64,000 bases of DNA from Patescibacteria group bacterium (GCA_028717225.1 JAQUOF010000002.1:19249-83248); one strand, 5' to 3'; shown: positions 9,386-19,600, numbered from the stretch's first letter. Numbers and translations are program-made. Notes: generated from the letters alone by a model not told the origin.

Positions 9386-9988
9386 CTATAAAGTTTCTTC
9401 GCTCGGCTCCTGCAAGGGTTCCGGATTTTTATTTAATTGTTCTTCGCCGGCTAAAGTTTGCAATGGTATTTGACTGTTAAGTTTTTCGTAATTGGGCAAA
9501 TCTTTAATATCCGTAATGCCCAAATGGCGGATAAAATCCAAACTTATGTTATAAGAACATTTTAACGGATCTTTGCTTGATAAATCTTTATCAGAATCGC
9601 TTTCTATAACCAAACCTCTTATCAAAAGATTTCGCAAAATAATCGCGCAATTGACTCCTCTGATTTGTTCCAATTCTCCCCTGCTGATCGGACCGCGATA
9701 AGCGACAATTGCCAATGTTTCCAGTGAGGCCGGCGTCAATTCTCTGGTTACTTCTTCTTTCAAAAATTTCTGAATAATCGTTGTATTGTCCGGATTGGTA
9801 ACCATCTGAAATTCTTTGCCGTCTTGAATTATTTTTATTCCGCCGTTTTTTTCATTATATTCTTTGACCAATTCTTCAAGCACTTGGCCGACTTCTTCAA
9901 TTTTCGCCTCAGTAATAACAGATATTTCCTTTTTGGTTAAAGGACGGTTGGAGATAAAAATTAAACTTTCAATGGTTGATTTTAACAT
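9386..9988 (-). CDS. scpB: Segregation and condensation protein B (ScpB)
   Basis: 200 aa. LIFISNRPLTKKEI... has a tandem winged-helix ScpB-like layout. scpA lies in the same cluster. Confidence 0.75.
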   Translation of the reverse strand: MLKSTIESLIFISNRPLTKKEISVITEAKIEEVGQVLEELVKEYNEKNGGIKIIQDGKEFQMVTNPDNTTIIQKFLKEEVTRELTPASLETLAIVAYRGPISRGELEQIRGVNCAIILRNLLIRGLVIESDSDKDLSSKDPLKCSYNISLDFIRHLGITDIKDLPNYEKLNSQIPLQTLAGEEQLNKNPEPLQEPSEETL

Positions 9989-10012
9989 ATTAAAATTATT
10001 TTAAATTGTTTG

Positions 10013-11509
10013 TTATGATAATTTACTTAGCTCCTCGTGATAAATCTTTAGTATTTTATTTTTTATCTCTTTTGGCATATTGATTGTCTGATGAATGCCA
10101 AAAAATTTCTTTCTCAATTTTTTCTCTTTTCTTTCCGCTTCTTTTAAATATTTTCTCTTGAAAATTTCAATCAATTCGCCTTTGGCTCCATGGCGATAAG
10201 CGAGCAAAAATGACAATAGTTGCTCTTCTCTTACTGCCGGCGGCTTCTCGTAATAAGTGGTAATTTTTTTCGCAAACAGCGGATAAAGTTTCTGATATTT
10301 TTTCTCAAATAAATTTTTCTTAAAACCTATTTTTTCAGGATCGCCGCCAACCGCCATTGAATAAAGAAAAGCTCTGGCGCACATCGGACAATTATAGCAC
10401 CATCTGTCTTCGCTGTCCCCTTCAGGAGAACAAGACATCATATATTTCAGCAGATGTGGATAGCGGGAATAAAGAATTTTCATTTCGGCGAGGTTGTAAA
10501 TCGGTTCAACCAAGCTTGTTATTTGCAGGTTGCCTTTTGTCAATTTATTTAAAAGTTGATTCCCTCTTTCAGTATAAACGCTTGTCTGATCATAGGAAGG
10601 AAAAGCTTTAATGCCGAATTTATTAATAAATGAATCGTCAAAATTTTTCTCATTACCCAAGATTATGTATTTTGCTCCATAATAATAAGCAAACGGCAGA
10701 AGTTCAAGAATAAAAGTTATCATGGCATTGGCTTGTTCCAAATCTTCGGCTTTTTCCCGGATTTTTTTGTTTTCAATCAGCCGGTCAACTTTTTCTTTAA
10801 AATCAACATTATCTTTCAAAAAATTAATTTTTTCTTTTTGTTCTCGCTGAAAATCGGCAAAAATTTTTCTTCTGAATTTATAATCAGTTGAATCAAATTT
10901 TTCAATTTCATCATCAACCGAAGTGACAAAGCATTTGAATCCGATTTCTTTGGCTAAACCGTAAGACAACAAACTGTCTTTGCCGAGAGATAGAGCCAAA
11001 ATTGCTTGATTGCCGCGAGTCGGCTTTTGTGGAATTAATTTTGATTTTTGAGCTGAAACTTTTAAAAATTTATTTTTCTTGTCTTTGTATGATTTAAAAC
11101 AATCAATTAATTTTTTTGTATTGATTTCCATGTCTTCGCTGATCCGCGGCAAATCAAACATCAATCCTTGATCAATAAAATTTTTCAAAAAAGGCCGAGG
11201 AAAGTTATAATCAGATATTCGCTTCATAACAACTCCGAGTGGCGCAGTACGCGAGTAAATAAAATTTTCAATCAATATATTTTTGGCATTTAAAGAAAGC
11301 GAGTCCAATATCTTCTTGGGATAGCTTAAAGAATATTTGATTCCTGAAATGTAAAAATCAAAACTGGTTGGATTATTTTGATAAGAAATTTTAAGAGGGT
11401 TATCTTTTTGAATAGATTTTTGGGCCATTACTAATAGATAAGTATTATTAAACTTCTTGTTCTTTTTTAGTAATAATAATTTCGCTGAACAATTCATTCT
11501 GGTCAACAA
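10013..11509 (-). CDS. QueC-like / PP-loop (adenine nucleotide alpha-hydrolase) superfamily protein with N- and C-terminal extensions. The real start is probably the internal Met at ~11428 (MAQKS).
   Basis: Degenerate PP-loop ILALSLGKDS (SGGxDS-like) followed ~190 aa later by a Zn-type cluster CX11CX2CX2C (CSPEGDSEDRWCYNCPMC). This spacing resembles QueC. The annotated 5' end overlaps scpA by 62 nt. Confidence 0.35.
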   Translation of the reverse strand: MLTRMNCSAKLLLLKKNKKFNNTYLLVMAQKSIQKDNPLKISYQNNPTSFDFYISGIKYSLSYPKKILDSLSLNAKNILIENFIYSRTAPLGVVMKRISDYNFPRPFLKNFIDQGLMFDLPRISEDMEINTKKLIDCFKSYKDKKNKFLKVSAQKSKLIPQKPTRGNQAILALSLGKDSLLSYGLAKEIGFKCFVTSVDDEIEKFDSTDYKFRRKIFADFQREQKEKINFLKDNVDFKEKVDRLIENKKIREKAEDLEQANAMITFILELLPFAYYYGAKYIILGNEKNFDDSFINKFGIKAFPSYDQTSVYTERGNQLLNKLTKGNLQITSLVEPIYNLAEMKILYSRYPHLLKYMMSCSPEGDSEDRWCYNCPMCARAFLYSMAVGGDPEKIGFKKNLFEKKYQKLYPLFAKKITTYYEKPPAVREEQLLSFLLAYRHGAKGELIEIFKRKYLKEAERKEKKLRKKFFGIHQTINMPKEIKNKILKIYHEELSKLS

Positions 11510-12158
11510 TAATCATTTTTCTTTTCACCAGATCCAAAAGCGCCAAAAATATGACCACTTTTTCTATTTTTTCTTTTTGATCAATAAAATTATTCAAAAT
11601 AACTCTTTGACTGGATGAGACCAAATTAAACAATTCATTGATTTTTTCTTTTAAGGAAATAACCTGATGCTTGATGGTTTTCTGGGCCAATTTTATCTGG
11701 AATAAAATCGTTTCCAAAACATTTTTAAATGATCTTTCCAGCATTTTGACCGTTATTTTCGTGTTTAATGATGTTTGGGGAATCATATTTAAAGGAATTT
11801 TGTCCCGATAAAAAGCGTAATGGCCTTTGGCGATAATTTTCCCTATTTTCTGCGAAGCATTATGAAATTCTTTGTAAATTTTCAATTGACCGACCAAATC
11901 CCCTCCTTCTTCCTCTTCCAAAATTGAACCGGGAATTAATAATTTTGATTTAATCAAAAGAAGTTTGGAAGCGATATCCAAAAAATCCGCCAATTCTTCC
12001 CAATTTATTTCAATGGCATTGGTCAAATAAGTGACGAATTCGTCAGTCACTTTGGCCAAAGAAATGTCGGTAATATCCATTTTTTCCTTTTCAATCAAAC
12101 GAAGCAGCAGATCAAACGGCCCTTCAAATTCATTAACTTTAATATTATACATACGCAA
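11448..12158 (-). CDS. scpA: Segregation and condensation protein A (ScpA)
   Basis: The N-terminus FEGPFDLLLRLIEKEKMDITDISLAKVTDEF matches the ScpA signature (FEGPLDLLL...). Confidence 0.8.
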   Translation of the reverse strand: MRMYNIKVNEFEGPFDLLLRLIEKEKMDITDISLAKVTDEFVTYLTNAIEINWEELADFLDIASKLLLIKSKLLIPGSILEEEEGGDLVGQLKIYKEFHNASQKIGKIIAKGHYAFYRDKIPLNMIPQTSLNTKITVKMLERSFKNVLETILFQIKLAQKTIKHQVISLKEKINELFNLVSSSQRVILNNFIDQKEKIEKVVIFLALLDLVKRKMIIVDQNELFSEIIITKKEQEV

Positions 12159-12184
12159 TTTGTTGAAATTTTAGAGTGTAGCGA

Positions 12185-12360
12185 ATAAAATTTCGCTACA
12201 AATTTGAGTACCGAGCACTCAGTATGATTTACAAAATTTCTCCCGAATACTCATTAAAATAATTATACTGAAATTATCTTGAATAAACTATGCTGAGTGC
12301 TTGGTAAAGGTTTTGTTGCCCGCCTAAATTTTCGCTTCGCGAAAACTTTGGCGGGACAAA
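12185..12360. repeat. Structured intergenic repeat, family 2 copy A. The conserved ends aatttgagtacc ... ggtaaaggttttgt bracket a long palindrome.
   Basis: Shares terminal motifs with the copies at 31612-31721 and 34405-34571. It contains the nested palindromes gagcactcag/ctgagtgct and gcccgcc...ggcggga. Confidence 0.6.
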
Positions 12361-12365
12361 GCCCT

Positions 12366-12869
12366 TTATTTCTTCTGGCTGAAACTGCCCTTAATCGGCT
12401 CTTCTAATTTAATAAAATCTTTAATGGAAATTTTAAGAGATACATTGTGATCGCCGCCGCTGACCAAAACTTTCTTTTGTTTTAAAACAATATTATCCGC
12501 GAAAACCGGCAAATTCAATAATTTGCCGAATGGCGGCACGGCTCCCAATTTGCCTATTTTAATATTCTTTTTCATCCAAGCTTCTTTGACAAAATCCATT
12601 TTCTTAACGCCTTTTAATCCTTGTTTTTTGCGGAGAGCATTCATTAAATTTTTGAATTTGGCTTTGTCAAAATTTTTATTCGGCGGGAGCAAAATCAGAA
12701 CATGCTCATTATCAATATTAAAAATCAATGTCTTAACCGCTTCTTCCGGTTTTTTCAAATGCAAAGTTTGAACCAAGTCCCAAGCCGTAAAAACCGGCCG
12801 GTGCTCAATTGCCTCATATTTAATTTTGTTTTTCTCAAGATAAGAAAGAATTTGTTTTGGAATCGCCAT
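12366..12869 (-). CDS. YbaK/ProX-type aminoacyl-tRNA deacylase domain protein
   Basis: 167 aa. KTLIFNIDNEHVLILLP and GAVPPFG are typical of YbaK/EbsC editing domains. Confidence 0.55.
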   Translation of the reverse strand: MAIPKQILSYLEKNKIKYEAIEHRPVFTAWDLVQTLHLKKPEEAVKTLIFNIDNEHVLILLPPNKNFDKAKFKNLMNALRKKQGLKGVKKMDFVKEAWMKKNIKIGKLGAVPPFGKLLNLPVFADNIVLKQKKVLVSGGDHNVSLKISIKDFIKLEEPIKGSFSQKK

Positions 12870-12996
12870 AAATTTATTTTGTTATTAATTATTATTTGAT
12901 AATACTCTAAAAAAAATAAAAAAGCACCCAATTCAGCCGCTTCTAAAAATCTAACAATAACAATTGAAAAGTAACATGTGATAAAATTATATTCTT

Positions 12997-14541
12997 TTAC
13001 TTTTTAAAAGATGTCGGACCCCGCTTAATCGCTTCATTAAATGGAGTATTATTTCTGGGCTGAGACTGAAAAACCTGACGATTTTTCTTCAAACAATCCT
13101 TGCAATAAATCGGCCTGATACCATCGGGAACAAACGGGACAAAAACAGTTTTGCCGCAACCATTACACACCGCTTCATATTTATCAACTCTTGATTCTTG
13201 AGATAAAGTTTGGCCGGCAGCCAAAACGCCGCTCCAGCGCATTATTTTTTCTTCAACCTGTTTTCTCGGTTCAGTGTATCGTTCGCGGGAAACTCTGATA
13301 ATTTTTTCTTTATTGTCTTCTACAATAGAAAGCGGGGGCAAAGTGGCGGCGGAAAACGGCTCGGAAGTGATGCCGTTAATCATCAATTTGACGTAAATAT
13401 TATATTTGTCCAAATCAACCAAATCGGTTTCTTCAAAACGAGGAGCGAATTCTTTGGCTAAAAATTCCGCGTCTTCAGCGCCAACCCTGAAAATAACCAT
13501 TGTGCCGACATTGCCGAATACGGCATCGCGCACTTTGCTGGAAGTTTCAGTGGCCAATTGGCCGATATATTGATGAGCAATAACCAAATTAAGATGATAT
13601 TTTCTGGCCTCGGAAAGAATATTGGCGAAAGAATCAGTGGCAAAATTTTGAAATTCATCAACATAAAGATAAAAATCATGACGGTCTATTTCGGGAATAT
13701 TAATTCTGCTCATGGCCGCCAATTGGATCTTGGTAATCATCATCGCGCCCAAAAGCGACGAAGCATCTTCGCCGATTCTGCCCTTGGAAAGATTCATTAT
13801 TAAAATTTTCTTTTCGTCCATTATCTGCCGCAAATCAATTTTTGATTTTATCTGACCGACAATATTTCTAATTAAAGCCGTAGAAAGAAATTGTCCAACT
13901 TTATTTTGAATTGGAGCAATGGCTTCGGCTCTTAAACGATCCGGATATTTCGGATATTCATCCAGCCAAAAAGCTTTAACCACCGGATCACTCAATTGGT
14001 CAACCACTTTGCCGCGGAATTCTTTATCAACCAAAATACGCATAATTCCAAGCAAAGTACTGCCCGGATATTCCAAAAGCGCCAAAATGGCGTTTCTTAA
14101 AACATATTCCAATCTCGGACCCCAAGAGTCAGCCCAAATTTTCTTAAAAATTCCAATCAAACCCGAAGCGACCAAATGCCGTTCCCCTGTTTCAACTCTT
14201 TCCAGAACGTTAAATGCAAACGGATATTCATAATCCGCCGGATTAAAATAAACCGTATCGTTAATACGATTCGCCGGAATAAATTCCAATGCTTTTTCGG
14301 CCAAATCGCCATGAGGATCGACAATTGCCACGCCATGTCCGGCAATAATATCCTGATAAATCATATTTTCCAACACGGTTGACTTGCCTACGCCGGTTTT
14401 TCCGACAATATACATATGCCGGCGCCGATCGTCGGTTCTAATGCCGAATTTTTGTCTTCTGCTGCGATAATTCGTTTCCGCAAATAAAATAACCTCATCT
14501 TCAATTTCTTTCTTTTTGATTTTGTCTTGTTCGGATTCCAT
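12997..14541 (-). CDS. HerA/FtsK-like (DUF87-type) P-loop ATPase with C-terminal zinc ribbon
   Basis: Walker A IVGKTGVGKST is followed by a DPHGDL motif (HerA/DUF87-like DPHGEY). The C-terminus has CNGCGK...YCKDC. Confidence 0.5.
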   Translation of the reverse strand: MESEQDKIKKKEIEDEVILFAETNYRSRRQKFGIRTDDRRRHMYIVGKTGVGKSTVLENMIYQDIIAGHGVAIVDPHGDLAEKALEFIPANRINDTVYFNPADYEYPFAFNVLERVETGERHLVASGLIGIFKKIWADSWGPRLEYVLRNAILALLEYPGSTLLGIMRILVDKEFRGKVVDQLSDPVVKAFWLDEYPKYPDRLRAEAIAPIQNKVGQFLSTALIRNIVGQIKSKIDLRQIMDEKKILIMNLSKGRIGEDASSLLGAMMITKIQLAAMSRINIPEIDRHDFYLYVDEFQNFATDSFANILSEARKYHLNLVIAHQYIGQLATETSSKVRDAVFGNVGTMVIFRVGAEDAEFLAKEFAPRFEETDLVDLDKYNIYVKLMINGITSEPFSAATLPPLSIVEDNKEKIIRVSRERYTEPRKQVEEKIMRWSGVLAAGQTLSQESRVDKYEAVCNGCGKTVFVPFVPDGIRPIYCKDCLKKNRQVFQSQPRNNTPFNEAIKRGPTSFKK

Positions 14542-14542
14542 A

Positions 14543-14673
14543 CCAGGTAGTGAAACTTTGACCAGGCAATAAGATTATTCCATTTTATTGTCCGGTTTTA
14601 ATTAAATTAATTAGGTTTTATTCTATATGTCGGGTAGTATTTTATGACAAATAAGTCAAAGTTCTACTACCTG
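14543..14673. repeat. 20-bp near-perfect inverted repeat (ccaggtagtgaaactttgac / gtcaaagttctactacctgg) with a ~90 bp AT-rich spacer
   Basis: Read directly. It lies between the HerA-like gene start and the GT4 gene stop. Confidence 0.5.
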
Positions 14674-14744
14674 GCATGGTAAATAGTATAGCAAAAAATA
14701 TTAAAAACTTCAAGCCCCCTTATAAACCTAACACATTTTAAAAA

Positions 14745-14804
14745 TTTTGTCCGTCGCTAGTGAAGCGACGTTCGCGGAGCGTGGAGCGAACAGCGCGGAC
14801 AAAA
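14745..14804 (-). terminator. GC-rich hairpin followed by a T-run, immediately 3' of the GT4 transferase gene
   Basis: ttttgtccgtcgc...gcgcggacaaaa has outer complementarity and a GC-rich core inside an AT-rich genome. On the minus strand it is followed by aaaattttt. Confidence 0.45.
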
Positions 14805-14805
14805 T

Positions 14806-15912
14806 TTACTTTTCTTTAATTCTGCTTTTTTCGGATTTAATGATTAAAAAGACTATAAAACCGCCAATCAGAACGGCTAAAATAATAATGGTTAAAATTT
14901 TACCCTTTGTCTTTAAAAATAAAGCAATTAAGCCGAAAATTAGAGCAATCAGCCAATAAAAAACAACTATTTTTCGCTGCGACCAGCCCAAATCAAGCAG
15001 ACGAAAATGAAGATGATTTTTATCGCCAAAAAACGGAGAATGATGTTCTCTAAAAACCCTCTGAATAATAACACCGATTAAATCTATTATGCCAATGCCC
15101 AAAACCAAGAAAGTGGTGGCCATTTTGCTGCCGGAAATTATGGAAAGCACGCCCAAAATAAATCCGCAAAATAAACTGCCGCCTTCGCCCAAAAAAATCT
15201 TGGCCGGATTAAAATTAAAAAATAAAAAACCGAGAACCGCGCCGGAAAAAATCATGGCCATTATTCCGACATCGGGTTGAAAAAATTTTGTCAAAAAACA
15301 AAGCCCGGCAATAACCAATCCGCCGATAACCGTCAAACCGGAAACCAAACCGTCCAGACCGTCCATCAGTTTAGTGGCATACATTAAAATCATCAGCCAA
15401 AGAAAAGTTATCAGATCAGCCCAAGGCGCAAAATAATAAGGCATGCCGTGAATTCTGATTATTTCAATTTTGGGTTGATCAAAATGCAAATAACCGGAAC
15501 CGAATGGATTATTGATATAATTAATACCAATGCCGCTGCAAATGATTATCAAACAAGCCAAAATCGGCCAAACAATTTGCTGTTTCGGTTTTAAATGATA
15601 TTTATCATCCAAAAAACCGCCGATCATTAAAATAAAACCGGCCAAACTTAAACCGATTAAATGTTTCATTTGGACCAATTTATGCGGCCAAAAATCAGAC
15701 TTAAAAACAATAAATAAAATCAGAAAAAAAGCGAAAAAAATAGCCATGCCGCCTAAAAGCGGAATGGGCTTAGTGTGAATTTTGCGGTCAGCTGATTGTG
15801 GTAAATCAACAATTTTAAATTTTAAAGCTATTTTTCGGACAAAAAAAGTCAAAATAGCCGAAAAAACAGCAGAGAGAATAAAAATGTTGATTAAAATATT
15901 TGACATAAACAA
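14806..15912 (-). CDS. Glycosyltransferase family 4 polyprenyl-phosphate sugar-1-phosphate transferase (WecA/TagO-like; MraY superfamily)
   Basis: Polytopic membrane protein. KPIPLLGGMAI, GFLDDKYHLKPK, MDGLDGL and GDKNHLHFRLL match the WecA-type DxxHxHHxL motif better than the MraY HHH box. Confidence 0.55.
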   Translation of the reverse strand: MFMSNILINIFILSAVFSAILTFFVRKIALKFKIVDLPQSADRKIHTKPIPLLGGMAIFFAFFLILFIVFKSDFWPHKLVQMKHLIGLSLAGFILMIGGFLDDKYHLKPKQQIVWPILACLIIICSGIGINYINNPFGSGYLHFDQPKIEIIRIHGMPYYFAPWADLITFLWLMILMYATKLMDGLDGLVSGLTVIGGLVIAGLCFLTKFFQPDVGIMAMIFSGAVLGFLFFNFNPAKIFLGEGGSLFCGFILGVLSIISGSKMATTFLVLGIGIIDLIGVIIQRVFREHHSPFFGDKNHLHFRLLDLGWSQRKIVVFYWLIALIFGLIALFLKTKGKILTIIILAVLIGGFIVFLIIKSEKSRIKEK

Positions 15913-15933
15913 TCAAATTTAAATTTTACATTG

Positions 15934-16341
15934 TCATTTTCCATTTTGATTTTTAATTTTTGATTTATCAAAATAGTCTTGTAAAATAACCATTGCCGAA
16001 CCGGAATGAATGTTTCCCTCTCCCCCTTTTGACAAGTTCAGGGCCATTTTACTGGTTAATCTTTCATCAAAAATTTCTATGGGCAATTCAATTGCCTTTT
16101 TTAATTTTTGGACAAATTCGTCGGTAATTTTTGTCTGGTCGGTCAGATTATTTTGCATGCCCATGGGCCGGCCAACAATTATTTTTTCTATTTTTTCTTT
16201 TTTAACGATTTCTTGAAGGCTGTCAAATAAAAAATTGTCTCCTTGATATTCCAAAACTTTATAAGGAAAAACGATTTTTAATTTTGAATCAGCGATGGCC
16301 AGGCCAATATGCTGATTTCCATAATCAATAGCTAAAATCAT
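15934..16341 (-). CDS. ruvX: Holliday junction resolvase-like YqgF/RuvX
   Basis: 135 aa. MILAIDYGNQHIGLAIAD matches the RuvX (LGLDLGTKRIGVA) RNase H-like fold signature. Confidence 0.75.
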   Translation of the reverse strand: MILAIDYGNQHIGLAIADSKLKIVFPYKVLEYQGDNFLFDSLQEIVKKEKIEKIIVGRPMGMQNNLTDQTKITDEFVQKLKKAIELPIEIFDERLTSKMALNLSKGGEGNIHSGSAMVILQDYFDKSKIKNQNGK

Positions 16342-16412
16342 TCCAATATTTTAACATAAAAACATTGTAACAGCAACCCTATTATTAAACTGTGTCAGAG
16401 GAGTTAAAACTA

Positions 16413-16448
16413 TACACTTATTTTACACGGCCGTGTAAAATAAGTGTA
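16413..16448. repeat. 36-bp perfect palindrome tacacttattttacacgg|ccgtgtaaaataagtgta
   Basis: Read directly. It lies in the intergenic region between the stop of the large surface-protein gene and the ruvX start. It is a candidate operator or protein-binding site. Confidence 0.6.
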
Positions 16449-16524
16449 CTAAATTTATTTTGTTTAATTTATTTTAATTTATCTTAATAAAAACATCGAA
16501 ATAAATAAAAAATAGATAAAAACA

Positions 16525-16548
16525 AGAGAGCCTCTTACGAGGCTCTCT
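16525..16548 (-). terminator. Intrinsic terminator hairpin (agagagcctc-gtaa-gaggctctct) followed by a T-rich run on the minus strand
   Basis: A 10-bp perfect stem. The minus-strand sequence downstream is tgtttttatctatttttt. It lies ~80 nt 3' of the 1243-aa gene. Confidence 0.5.
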
Positions 16549-16627
16549 TGCGTCAGGGCGAAAACTTTTATTGTTATCCCCTGTTTGAATCGGTTAAACG
16601 CTCCGATTAAAACGTCAAAATTATTAA

Positions 16628-19600
16628 TTACCGAGCATAGGTTCTGCCGTTGCTGTAAACAGGTAAAGCCTTAATCAGGTTACCATTGATAGCAGTGCCA
16701 CCAACGGATTTATCATACCAGACTAAGTTACCAGTTGTGCCAGCTACTGCATCGCTATTAATGTAAGCATCCAAGAAAGCATCAACACCAGCAGCTAATG
16801 CAGTGCCAATGACACCGCCGGCTGAAGTGTGTGCTTTAAGTAAGTAACTCTTAGAGCTTCCCTTAGGAACGATGAAGCGATAGTCAGCAGAGTCTGCGGT
16901 AACAGTTAAGGTAGAAGTAGAATAAGTGGCTGTAATACCAGTGTCAGTCAAGATATCAACGGACAGACTACCCGTATCATAAAGGGTAAAGTCAGTGGCA
17001 GCAAGAGCTGCAGTCCAGTCGGTATCATTTGACTCAATGGTGAACTTTAAGGTGTTGACATAGACATCATCAGCTGCATCAGCTGAAACTGTCCAGGTAC
17101 CAACATCAGTCCAACCTGGGACAAAAGCACCAGTGGCGCTACCAGTTGCTAAAGCAACAGTAGGTCTGGTTTGTCTGACATACATGGTGTTAGCAGTGAA
17201 ATTGTCTGTGGTGGCGCTAGCAAAATCGCTAGTGGTGTCACCCAAGACCGTTCCAGAAGCACCAGTGGCGTTACAATAAGTGGCTGTGTTACAAGCTAAG
17301 CCAAGATTAATGTCGTCGCCAGAAGTAGCTCCGCCGTCAATTGTGTTAAGATCAGCCGAGATGGTTAAAACATCTGACTTATCTTTAGCAATTAACCAAT
17401 TCATGCCAGTAAATGTGGCATATCCACCAGAGAGATAACCGGTAGCTGTACCGCCTGTATAGGTCATCTTGACAGCAGTGACGCTGCGAGAAGACGCAGA
17501 GGTGGCAATGGCTACTTTAAGTTTATCAATGGTGATATTTTCACTATTGGCAGTGAATTTAAACTTAGACATTACTACATTTGATGTACCAGCAACTACG
17601 ATGTCGCCGGATGGGCTACCTGCATCTTTGGCTACAGTAAGTGTACCACCTAAACCGGCAGTAATCTTAACAGTAGGTGTAAGACCGGTATTGATACTAT
17701 AATCAGTACCATCAGCAACGCTGATTGCTAATCCATTACCATCAGTATCATAGGCAGTAATATTATCGGTAGCATCATGATTGTAGACGCCAACCCAATA
17801 ATTATAACCTTCTGTAATACTGCTTGTTAAATCAGCCTTAAAGGTAAACTTTTGGTTAGTACCTTTAGGAATGGTAACATTTAAGCCATCAAAAGTAACT
17901 GTACCATAGCTAGAAGACCAGCTGACACTCTTTACGCCAAGAGGAGTGGTGGTTCCTTCTTGATATAATTTCACTGAAGAAATTACCAAGTTAGGATTTA
18001 CTAAAGTACCAACATCTCCGGTTGTTTCGGCATAAACGCGCGCTTGGATGCTTCTAACATTAACATTAGCAGCTTCAGAAGCACTTAAAGTCATACCCAT
18101 GGTAGGAACTTCAGTGGCACCTTTAATATAGGTGGCGCTTACTGGAGTAGAAGCTAATGTAGGAGTCAAAGAAGCGGCTTGAATGGTCTGATCATCACCA
18201 GTAATGGCTTGAGGAACAACGTCTGCGATTTTAACATAGTCACCAGTAGTGGTGTCTCTGATTTCAACATAAGTTGCATCTCTGTTAACCATTGCTAATG
18301 AAGCATTGAGTTTGATATTGTCTAAAAGTCCGTCAGTATCAGCGGACAAATCGACAGTAACACCTAAATGTTTAACCATACCAGATGAAAGATTGAAGGT
18401 ATTGGTTAATTCATAATAGGTTGGGTTGGCATTACCAGTAGCATTATGAGCTACGGCGCAACGACCAATGTGAACGGTATTGATGGTGCCGGTCATTAAT
18501 GTAGAACCGGTATCAATATCTTTAATTCTTAAATCACCCACTAAACCTGCGTCATTATCAAGAACAGCAGCTTCGTCCACACAAAGAGTAACGCCTAATT
18601 TTCTTACTTCAACCGCGCGATTGGCCGTAATGCTAGCTTTGGTTAAAACAACATCTTGTTGATTTTTACCAATATTGCCAACAGTTGGACCATTGTCGGC
18701 TAAAGTAATTGTTCCACCCTTAAGAGTTAATTGAGTTCCCGCAAAGGTGTTGGTTACTTTAGCGCCAACTCCATATTGTGTATCAGTGATCACGACTTGG
18801 TTATCTTCTTCAACATAAAATTGAAGTGTTTCACCAACGCGACCGGCCACATCAGCCTTTAAAACAAAGGTTCGATTTTGGCCTTTTAAGATTACGAATG
18901 GAGTGGTTAAGGTTAAAGTCAAAGTATCATTTGTAGCAATACTGGAAGCAGTCGCCAAAACATTAGTTTCACCAGCTTGGTAAAGTTTAAAGTTGGTTAT
19001 ACCGCTTCGAGCAGTGTTGCCCGTGAAAGTCATTGTCACTTGGTCAAAAGTAATGCTGTTATTTGAACTGCCGTTAGTGATTTTAAAGTCGGCAATTTCA
19101 GCATTCTGGGCTCCAACCGCAGGAGCAGTAGGAGTGACGGTGTCGGTGACAGTGGCTGTACCAATGGCTTGGCTGCCAACAGTCATCAAATTACCTGTAA
19201 CAGGTAAACCGGTGACAGTAGCGCCAGTTTCAATGCTGGTCAAACTAAAGACGTGTTGATCAGCAGCAGTAGCGCTGGTAGTTGCACAAGCTGCACCAGT
19301 ACAAAGTAAATCACCGCGTAAAGTGACATATTTTGAAGAATTAGCCGCGATAACAACGTTAAGAGCGGAGAATTCTACGGTTTGAGTATCAGTGCTTAAT
19401 GTTCTGCTGGTTGGGGTGAGCAAAGTGGTACCTTCATATAAATAAAGGTCAGACCAATCGCCAGTTGCACCAACACCTGATCTCTTAAATGTTAAACCGG
19501 TAACAGTCGCTCCATTGGTACCAGCAGTTAAAGTGGCTTTTAATAAAGCAACATTGCTGGATCCTTTTGGAAGAGTTGTGGAAGATTGATTATCGCTTGA

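Noticed and set aside
14806-15912. Calling the GT4 membrane transferase MraY.
   Set aside because: The C-terminal GDKNHLHFRLL and KPIPLLGGMAI motifs fit the WecA/TagO branch better than the MraY HHH box. The real dcw-cluster mraY would be expected upstream of murD, beyond the window end.
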